From contig DASRXW010000090.1 of assembly GCA_035654055.1 (NCBI GenBank), forward strand, positions 3,777 to 67,776: a DNA stretch of 64,000 nt, written 5' to 3'. Positions within the stretch are counted from its first letter, which is position 1. Each line of letters opens with the position of its first letter. Below, piece by piece: positions 57,213-64,000 of the stretch. The DNA is from Conexibacter sp. (lineage in GTDB: Bacteria; Actinomycetota; Thermoleophilia; Solirubrobacterales; Solirubrobacteraceae). The notes under the pieces were generated by a model, which did not search any database, had not been told where the DNA came from, and saw only the letters and a list, made by a program, of their open reading frames with translations. A program made the position numbers and the translations under genes.

Positions 57213-58622
57213 TCAGGCGGCGTAGACGTCGGCGGGCGTGACGAGGCGGATGCGGTCGGGCTCGGCTTCGGCGAGCTGTCGCATGCGGTCGGTGAAGCCA
57301 CCGCGCGAGAAGAACCAGTGGCGACGGACCCGCTCGGCACCGGGCACGGCCTGCTCGAGCGCCGTCAGGAGCACCTCCTCGCCGTAGTCTAGCGGCGCGT
57401 TCGTCCACTTGCAGCTGCCGGTCGCGACGACCTCGCCGCCCGCGCCGACGGCGACGACGTCGAGCTCGCGTTCCTCGGTCACCCGCGGCCCGACGCGCAC
57501 CTTCCCCCACCACGCGCCGACGTCATGCGCAGTCGTCTCGTGCCGTCGCACGTGCTCGCGGCAGATCCGCTCCCAGCAGGGACGAGAGACGAACGCGTCG
57601 AGCTGCGGGAGCACGGTCGTGCGCAGGTGGCGCTCGGCGTCCGCGCGCGTGCGCAGGCGCGAGCGGTAGGGCTCGACGAAGCGGAACGAGAAGTCGAGGA
57701 AGCCGTCGCGGATCGCATAGCTCGTGCGCTTCGATCTCGGGCTGGCGGTGGCAGGCCGGCGCTGCTCGACGAGCTGGAGGCGCTCCAGCACTGCGAGGTG
57801 CTGATGCGTCTGGGCCGTGTCGAGCCCGGTGAGCCCCGCGATCTGGCCGTTGCGCGTGGCGCCGCGCGCAATCGCGTCGAGCACCGAGAAGTACTGCCGC
57901 GGTTCGCGCAGCTCCTGGCGCAGCAGCAGGTCGGCCTCCTCGTGCAGGAAGCCGTCGCGGTGCAGGATGCTCTGGAGGATGTTGTCGGCGAGCGGGCGCT
58001 CGTCGGTGAAGCGCGCGAGGTAGTACGGCATCCCGCCGCAGACGGCGAACGTCCGCACGCGATCCTCCGGTGAATAGCCGGGCGCGAACAGCGCGGCGGC
58101 GCGGTGGTCGAACGGGGTGAGCTGGAGCTGGCCGTCGCGCCGCCCGTACATCGCGCCCGCGAGCACGTCGTCGCGGAAGAACGACACCTCGCTGCCGGCG
58201 ATCACGAGCACGAGCGGCAGCGTGCGGCCGGTTCTGCGCCACCACGCGTTGAGCAGCGTCGCAAGCTCGCGCTGCCGCGCCGCGAGGAACTGGAACTCGT
58301 CCAGCACGACGATCGTGCGCTCGCCGGTCGACGCGAAGCGGGCGATCGCCGCCAGCGCGGCCGGCCAGCTCGTCAGCGGCTGCTGCGCGAGCAGCTCGTC
58401 GTCGCTCGCGAGCGCCAGCTCCTGCGTGAGGTTGCGCAGCTGCACCGGCTCCGTCGTGTCGGTCGCCTCGAAGTACAGCGCCCGCCGGCCCTCGGCGAAG
58501 CGGGTCAGCAGCTCGGTCTTGCCGACGCGCCGACGTCCCCACAGCACGAAGAAGCGGGGCTCGCGCGCGCTCCACAGATCCTCGAGCGCAGCCAGCTCGT
58601 CGGTGCGGTTGAGGAACTCCAC
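57213..58622 (-). CDS. Archaeal-type ATPase with C-terminal DUF234 (PD-(D/E)XK-like)
   Basis: FLNRTDEL, GRRRVGKT, LDEFQ, GGMPYYL, ELDVV...GSCKW. Confidence 0.88.
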   Translation of the reverse strand: MEFLNRTDELAALEDLWSAREPRFFVLWGRRRVGKTELLTRFAEGRRALYFEATDTTEPVQLRNLTQELALASDDELLAQQPLTSWPAALAAIARFASTGERTIVVLDEFQFLAARQRELATLLNAWWRRTGRTLPLVLVIAGSEVSFFRDDVLAGAMYGRRDGQLQLTPFDHRAAALFAPGYSPEDRVRTFAVCGGMPYYLARFTDERPLADNILQSILHRDGFLHEEADLLLRQELREPRQYFSVLDAIARGATRNGQIAGLTGLDTAQTHQHLAVLERLQLVEQRRPATASPRSKRTSYAIRDGFLDFSFRFVEPYRSRLRTRADAERHLRTTVLPQLDAFVSRPCWERICREHVRRHETTAHDVGAWWGKVRVGPRVTEERELDVVAVGAGGEVVATGSCKWTNAPLDYGEEVLLTALEQAVPGAERVRRHWFFSRGGFTDRMRQLAEAEPDRIRLVTPADVYAA

Positions 58623-58642
58623 CGCACCGACGCTATCAGATT

Positions 58643-58677
58643 ATTATAGATAGACCTATATTAGCTAGATCTATAAT
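58643..58677. promoter_or_regulatory. AT-rich inverted repeat upstream of the ATPase
   Basis: ATTATAGAT-N17-ATCTATAAT. Confidence 0.55.
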
Positions 58678-58692
58678 GTTTCCTGCCGGCGC

Positions 58693-61065
58693 TCAGCGGT
58701 GGCGTCTGGCGTGTCTTGTGTGCTTGGGCTTCGGCTTCGGCTTCGGGCCGAGCGTCAGCTTCACCTTCGTGCCGTCGGCGCCGACGCTGCCGGCCTTCGG
58801 CTTGGAGGAGCTGACGACGAGCGCGGGCAGCCTGCCGTGGCGCGGCCTTCTCGGCTTGGTCACTCTGCCGAGCGCGCAGTGGGCGCTTCTCAGCGCCTTC
58901 GCGGCTCTCGTCAGCGACATGCCCTTGAGCTTCGGGACCTTGCACTGCGTGACGGTCCACGTCGCAGTCGCCGGCGACGGGTCCGTGACGATGCCCCTGG
59001 GCGACTTCGCGCGCACGGCGAACGTGTGCCTGCCGCCGTTCACCGTGTACGTCGCCGGGCTACTGCACGGTCCGAATGCGGCGCCGTCGAGCTGGCACTC
59101 GAACGTGGCGGGGAGCGGGACGTCCGAGCGCGTGAACGTGAAGGTGGCCCTTCTCGATCCGGTCGAGCTACCCGGCCCGCTCGTGATGCCCGTGTCGGGC
59201 TGGCGGATCTCGTCGAGCGCGGCCGCCGCGTCGATGCGCCCGCCGGTCGTCGTCTTGCCGGCGAGCGAAGCGAGCGGGTGGACCGTCGCGAGCAGCGCCG
59301 AGCGCACCTGCGCGACCGACGCCGACGGGTTGAGCGAGAACAGCAGCGCCGCCGCGCCGGTCACGTGCGGGGCGGCCATCGACGTGCCGTCGAGGAAGCC
59401 GTAGCTCGTGCCCAGGCCGACCGGCTCCACGCACGTGAAGCTGATGTCGTCGAGCCAGACGCCGTCGGTCGGGCTCGGCGCCGGACCGGCCGTGTAGCTG
59501 AAGGCGAGCTGCAGTCTGCCGCCGCCGGCGACCGCCGAGTCGTCGATCGAGAGGAAGAAGTTGCCCGATCTCGTCGCCCCGCCGGCGGCGCCGATCTCTC
59601 TCCCGTCGAGCATGGCTCTGTAGCCGTACGTCCCACCGCCGACCGACAGCACGCGGCTCTGGTTGATTCTGCAGGACTTGAGGCCGGCGGGCAGGGTGAC
59701 GCCGACGGACGTCGACTCGCGGACGCTGTCGGCGACCGGGGTCGCTCCCGGCGAGTCGCTCATCCCGAAGGACGTCAGCGGCGGCTCGTTCGTGCGCGCG
59801 AAGCCGCCGTCTCTGCCGGTCGCCGTCCACTTCGACGCGAAGTCGTCGACCGTGAACGTGTCGTTCACCGGCGTCAGGTACGGATAGGTGCTGAGGATCT
59901 CCGTCCCCGGCGCTCCGACGTCGACCGAGCTCGCGCCCCAGTCGGAGAAGCTCGCGAGGCCGTCGGCCTGATCGGTCGCGGCGACGCAGACGACGTTGTC
60001 GATCGCGCCGGCGATCCCGGACGTCGAGGGATCGTAGCTGCACGGATAGTGCGGGACAGCATCGTTGTCCTGGCTGTCGTTGCCGGCGGAGATCACGAAC
60101 AGCACGCCGGGATTGGCGGCGAACGCGTCGCGCACCGCCGGGTTGAAGCTGGTGCCGCCGAGTGACATGTTCGCCGCGCGCGCGCCGTGCGCGCCGGCGT
60201 AGTTGATCGCGAGGATCTGCGAGGAGGACGGGCAGCGCGTGGCGCCCGCCGAGGGCGAGAAGGCGCAGACGCGCAGCGGCATGATGCGCACGTTCTGCGC
60301 GACCCCGCTGATGCCGATGCCGTTGTTGCCGGCGGCGCCGATGATGCCGGCGGTGTGGACGCCGTGGCCGCCGTCGATCAGGTCGTCGTCGGTGGGGTCG
60401 CCGTCGGTCGTCGGCGCGTCCGCGTTGCTGCCGACGAAGTCGGCCCCGTGCGAGCCGTCGGCCGGGTTCGTCCACACGACCGGAGCGAGGTCCGGGTGCT
60501 CGAAGCGGTAGCCGGAGTCGATGTCGGCGACGACCGTCGAGGGCGTGCCGCGCGTGCGATCCCACGCGGCGAGCGCGTTGACGTCTGCGCCGGGGAGCGC
60601 GCCGCCGAAGCCGTTGATGCCGAGGCCGAGGTTCTGCAGCCCCCACTGCTGGCCGAGCAGCGGATCGTTCGTCGTCGCGTGGAGCACGTCGTACGTGTCG
60701 CGGGTCGCAGTCTGCACGGACGGGTCGGCACGCAGCGTGGCGATCGCGTCGGCGACGCTCTGGCCCGGCTCGGGACGCAGGAGCTGGAAGCGCGGGTCGC
60801 CGAGCGTGCGCACGAACGCGGCGTTCGCGTCGTCGCGCGCCGCGAGCCGGTCCGCGCGCGTCGCACCGGAATCCCACACGACGATCACGCGGCCGGGCAC
60901 GGCGCCCGGCGCGGTCGGCGTCGCCGGCGGAGCGGACGACACGGGCTGCTCCTGCGCGGCGAGCGCCCCGGACGGGACGGCGAGCGCGCCGGTCGCCGCG
61001 AGGGCGAGAGCGAGAGCGAGAGCGACGGAGCGGACGATGCGAGCGGATCCGAGGCGGTGCGGCAC
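58693..61065 (-). CDS. Secreted S8 subtilase with C-terminal Ig-like and PASTA-like domains
   Basis: Signal peptide; DIDSG, HGVHTAG, SAGN, GTSMAAP; basic CKVPKLKG tail. Start uncertain. Confidence 0.9.
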   Translation of the reverse strand: MPHRLGSARIVRSVALALALALAATGALAVPSGALAAQEQPVSSAPPATPTAPGAVPGRVIVVWDSGATRADRLAARDDANAAFVRTLGDPRFQLLRPEPGQSVADAIATLRADPSVQTATRDTYDVLHATTNDPLLGQQWGLQNLGLGINGFGGALPGADVNALAAWDRTRGTPSTVVADIDSGYRFEHPDLAPVVWTNPADGSHGADFVGSNADAPTTDGDPTDDDLIDGGHGVHTAGIIGAAGNNGIGISGVAQNVRIMPLRVCAFSPSAGATRCPSSSQILAINYAGAHGARAANMSLGGTSFNPAVRDAFAANPGVLFVISAGNDSQDNDAVPHYPCSYDPSTSGIAGAIDNVVCVAATDQADGLASFSDWGASSVDVGAPGTEILSTYPYLTPVNDTFTVDDFASKWTATGRDGGFARTNEPPLTSFGMSDSPGATPVADSVRESTSVGVTLPAGLKSCRINQSRVLSVGGGTYGYRAMLDGREIGAAGGATRSGNFFLSIDDSAVAGGGRLQLAFSYTAGPAPSPTDGVWLDDISFTCVEPVGLGTSYGFLDGTSMAAPHVTGAAALLFSLNPSASVAQVRSALLATVHPLASLAGKTTTGGRIDAAAALDEIRQPDTGITSGPGSSTGSRRATFTFTRSDVPLPATFECQLDGAAFGPCSSPATYTVNGGRHTFAVRAKSPRGIVTDPSPATATWTVTQCKVPKLKGMSLTRAAKALRSAHCALGRVTKPRRPRHGRLPALVVSSSKPKAGSVGADGTKVKLTLGPKPKPKPKHTRHARRHR

Positions 61066-61237
61066 GGGGGCGTCTCCCGGGTCGACGGCGGGCGGACGGC
61101 AGGCTATTGCATCCGCGCACGGCCGCGTGCGCGTCACGGCAGGTGTCGTACCGCGAACGCGCCGCGCATCGAGGGCGCGCGTCCTGGGCCTGACACGATC
61201 GGCGCGACTGGGAAACGCGCTCGTCTAGCATCGAGGG

Positions 61238-62200
61238 ATGCGGATCGAGCGATGGAAGGTTCTCCTGCTCGCCCTCGCCGGCCTGGCGCTCTCCGCGCCC
61301 GCCGTCGCGCAGGCCGAGCCGGTACAGCAGTTCAGCTTTCAGGTGAAGAACATCAAGTCGGGCGGGCGCTTCACGTTGATCTTCAACGCGCGCACGTTCG
61401 ACACGACCGGCGGCGTGCCACCCGCGCCCACCGCCAACTACCTGCGCCTGCCGGCGGGCGCGGCGCTGCGCAAGGAATTCCTCAACAAGAGATTCTTCTG
61501 CAACGGCCCGGCCCTGCGCACGGCGATCGACGTCTACGACTTCAGCGGCGTGCCGTTCACGAAGCGCGTCATGAACCTCAAGCCGTTCATCAGACAGCTC
61601 GCGCGCAGCAGAGACAGGCTCGAGCACAAGCAGCTTGCGAACGCACAGGCGTGCGATCGCGGGCGGATCGGCTTCGGCACGGTCAGAGTCGACGCGCGCC
61701 AGTCGTTCCCGACGATCACCGACGTGATCCGCGGCACCTTCGCGACGTTCTTCAGCCGCGGGACGGCGCCGGGCGCAGTCGCCGGCTTCACCGTCCTCGG
61801 GGCCGCCGACGAGGACCAGCCGATCGTCAAGAGAAGATCGTTCGAGGTCATCACCGGCGTCCACGTCGCGATCAATGCGAACTTCTTCAACGACCCCACC
61901 CCGGACGGCCTCTACGGCTACCGCCTCGATCTGCCGCCCGGCAACGTCAACGGCTTCAAGGTCAGCATCGCGGAGCTCAACGCGACGACCACGGGCCTGT
62001 CGCTGCTGAGAGGCGAATGCCTCAAGACGAACAGCAGAGGCAGATGCGTCAAGCGCCAGAGAAGAACGGTCTTCTGGTTCAACACGCCGCCGTGCCCGCC
62101 GTCGGGCTCGCTCAGCATCCAGGAGTTCTTCTCCTACCCCCCGCCGCTGCCGAGCAACACGGACACGATCCGGCTCGCCTGCCCGAAGTTCATCCCGTAG
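61238..62200 (+). CDS. Secreted hypothetical protein
   Basis: Signal peptide ending AQA; six Cys; TAGCAT 6 nt before the ATG. Confidence 0.8.
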   Translation: MRIERWKVLLLALAGLALSAPAVAQAEPVQQFSFQVKNIKSGGRFTLIFNARTFDTTGGVPPAPTANYLRLPAGAALRKEFLNKRFFCNGPALRTAIDVYDFSGVPFTKRVMNLKPFIRQLARSRDRLEHKQLANAQACDRGRIGFGTVRVDARQSFPTITDVIRGTFATFFSRGTAPGAVAGFTVLGAADEDQPIVKRRSFEVITGVHVAINANFFNDPTPDGLYGYRLDLPPGNVNGFKVSIAELNATTTGLSLLRGECLKTNSRGRCVKRQRRTVFWFNTPPCPPSGSLSIQEFFSYPPPLPSNTDTIRLACPKFIP

Positions 62201-62233
62201 CCCGCCTGCCTGCCTGCCCGCGCGTCGCGTCGC

Positions 62234-64000
62234 TCAGTGCGACGTGATGCGCGGGAGGACGCGGTCGAGCCACGCCGGCACGTGCCAGGTGCGCTCGCCG
62301 AACAGGCGGATCAGCGCCGGCAGCAGGATCAACCGCACGATCGTCGCGTCGAGCAGCACCGCGACCGTCAGGCCGACGCCGAACTGGCGCGTGTTGGTGA
62401 CGGGCGAGAGCGCGAAGGCGAGGAAGACGGCGGCCATGATGAACGCCGCGCCGGTGATGATCGTGCCGGTCTTCTCGAGCCCGTAGTGGATCGCGCCCTC
62501 GGTCGTGCCGGTGCGCTCGCGCCCCTCGAGCAGGCGCGTGATGAGGAAGACCTCGTAGTCGATCGAGAGCCCGAAGATGATCGCGAACAGCCCTGACAGG
62601 GCGATCGCGTCGAGGTAGCCGGGGCCGCCCAGCAGCGGCGAGCTGCCCTGGAAGCAGATCACGAGCACGCCGACCGACGCGCCGACCGTCACGAGGTTCA
62701 GCAGCACCGCGCAGAGCGCGAGCACCGGCGAGCGGAACACGAGCAGCAGCACCAGGAACGTGACGAGCACGAGCGCGCTCACGAGCGCCGGGAAGCGCGC
62801 GTTCGTCGCCGTGTCGAAGTTGTCGAGCAGCACCGCCGGCCCGCCGACGACCGCCGTCGTGGCGCCGATCTCGCGCGCCGTGCGGTCCATCTCCCGGCGC
62901 AGCTGTCTCGCGAGCGCGACGCTCGCGGGGTCGAACGGGCCGGCGTTCCCGACGACGACGATGCGGGCGGTGCCGGCACCGCCCGCGACGTTCGTCACGA
63001 AGCCGGTGTTCGTCTGCGCCTGCGCGTCCGCGCCCTGGAGCGCCGCCAGCACGAAGTAGCCGGAGCCGATCGCTCTGCTGACGTCGGTGCCGCCGCGCCG
63101 CAGCGCCGCCTGCTGCTGGTCGGCCTGCGCGCGCACGCGCACGACGCCGCCGAGGATCCGCTGCACGCCGACGCCGAGCTGCGTCGTGCCGCCGACGGCG
63201 GCCTGCAAGCCGTCGGCGAGCGCCCGCGCACCGCCGCTGCCGTTCGGCCCGTCGAGCAGCGCGTTGACGCCGGCGTCGAGCTGACCGAGACCGGCGCTGA
63301 GCTGGCCGTTGCCGGTCGCGAGGCGGTGCGCGCCGACCGAGGCCTGACCGAGCCCGTCGGCGAGTCTGCCGGTGCCGTCCGACAGCTGGCCGAGCGCTCT
63401 GTGCAGCCGCGTCGTCGCGCGCGCGATCCCGCGCGTGGCGAGCGCGTTGGCGTCCTGCGTCGTGCTCGCGGTCGACAGGTTGAGCGCAACCGTGCCGAGC
63501 GTCTGGAGCGCGTCGGCGACGGATCTGAGCGCGCTCTGCACGTTCGGGTCCGCCGCCGCCGCCGGATTCGACGCGGTCGCCGACCCGAGCGAGCGCAGCG
63601 CCGCCTGCACCGAGGACTGCGCGCTCCCGAGCGGGTTGATCAGCTGCTCGTCGGCGGTGCGGCTCGCCTGGTCCAGCGAGTCGCGCAGCACGTTCACGTT
63701 CGTCTCGAGCTTCTGCAGCCCCGGCTGCGCTCTCACGAGCGCGCCGTGCAGGCGGCGCGCCCCACCGTTCGTCTGCGCGATCCCGTCGGCGAGCTTGCGC
63801 GACGCCGGCGCGGCCGCGCGTGCGCCGGCGGCGAGCTGGCCCGCGCCGCCGGCCAGCTGGTCGATCCCGGCGACGAGCTGGCTCGCGCCGCCGGCCCCGG
63901 CGGCGAGCCCGTCGCGCAGCTGCGAGGTGCCGTCCGCGGCGCCGCGCAGGCCGTTCTCGAGCTGCCCGAGCGGGCTGCCGGTGCTCAGCGCCTGCGTCGT
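62234..64000 (-). CDS. MMPL/RND transporter with YhgE/Pip-like heptad repeats (5-prime part outside the window)
   Basis: FGLSIDYEVFL, ITGAAFIM, DATIVRLILLPA; LADG repeats. Confidence 0.9.
   Translation of the reverse strand, partial: TTQALSTGSPLGQLENGLRGAADGTSQLRDGLAAGAGGASQLVAGIDQLAGGAGQLAAGARAAAPASRKLADGIAQTNGGARRLHGALVRAQPGLQKLETNVNVLRDSLDQASRTADEQLINPLGSAQSSVQAALRSLGSATASNPAAAADPNVQSALRSVADALQTLGTVALNLSTASTTQDANALATRGIARATTRLHRALGQLSDGTGRLADGLGQASVGAHRLATGNGQLSAGLGQLDAGVNALLDGPNGSGGARALADGLQAAVGGTTQLGVGVQRILGGVVRVRAQADQQQAALRRGGTDVSRAIGSGYFVLAALQGADAQAQTNTGFVTNVAGGAGTARIVVVGNAGPFDPASVALARQLRREMDRTAREIGATTAVVGGPAVLLDNFDTATNARFPALVSALVLVTFLVLLLVFRSPVLALCAVLLNLVTVGASVGVLVICFQGSSPLLGGPGYLDAIALSGLFAIIFGLSIDYEVFLITRLLEGRERTGTTEGAIHYGLEKTGTIITGAAFIMAAVFLAFALSPVTNTRQFGVGLTVAVLLDATIVRLILLPALIRLFGERTWHVPAWLDRVLPRITSH

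Noticed and set aside
58727-58746. GGCTTC short tandem repeat
   Set aside because: Simply encodes the PKPKPK tail of the subtilase.

Overview
Very GC-rich actinobacterial DNA; gene content and style suggest Thermoleophilia/Solirubrobacterales (Conexibacter-like), which is an inference. About 55 genes can be supported; most of the long ORFs in the track are antisense or off-frame GC artefacts. All family assignments come from motif recognition and recall, not from database searches. Four highlights. (1) A seven-gene minus-strand operon (17702->9505): MppJ/MrsA-type alpha-keto-acid C-methyltransferase, cupin, acylating aldehyde dehydrogenase, aldolase, hydratase, AlaX-type tRNA deacylase and an IleRS2 with an altered editing site. 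It looks like an NRPS-free pathway for a beta-methyl isoleucine analogue with its own tRNA charging and editing module. (2) The normally rare codon AGA is strikingly frequent and tends to sit where homologues usually have Lys, raising a possible codon-meaning anomaly. (3) Two copies of a ~130-bp hairpin element each carry a mini-ORF that bridges an upstream stop codon to a vWA start codon (MIRU-like translational coupling). (4) A glycosylation island has five sigma28-type promoters, each 7-8 nt before a start codon. Also present: toxin-antitoxin modules, three defence-like inserts (DUF262+HEPN, KAP NTPase, Septu-like HNH-ATPase+HNH), a yybP-ykoY riboswitch before terC/alx, and a presenilin-like membrane protein. 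No tRNA, rRNA, CRISPR array or transposase was seen.
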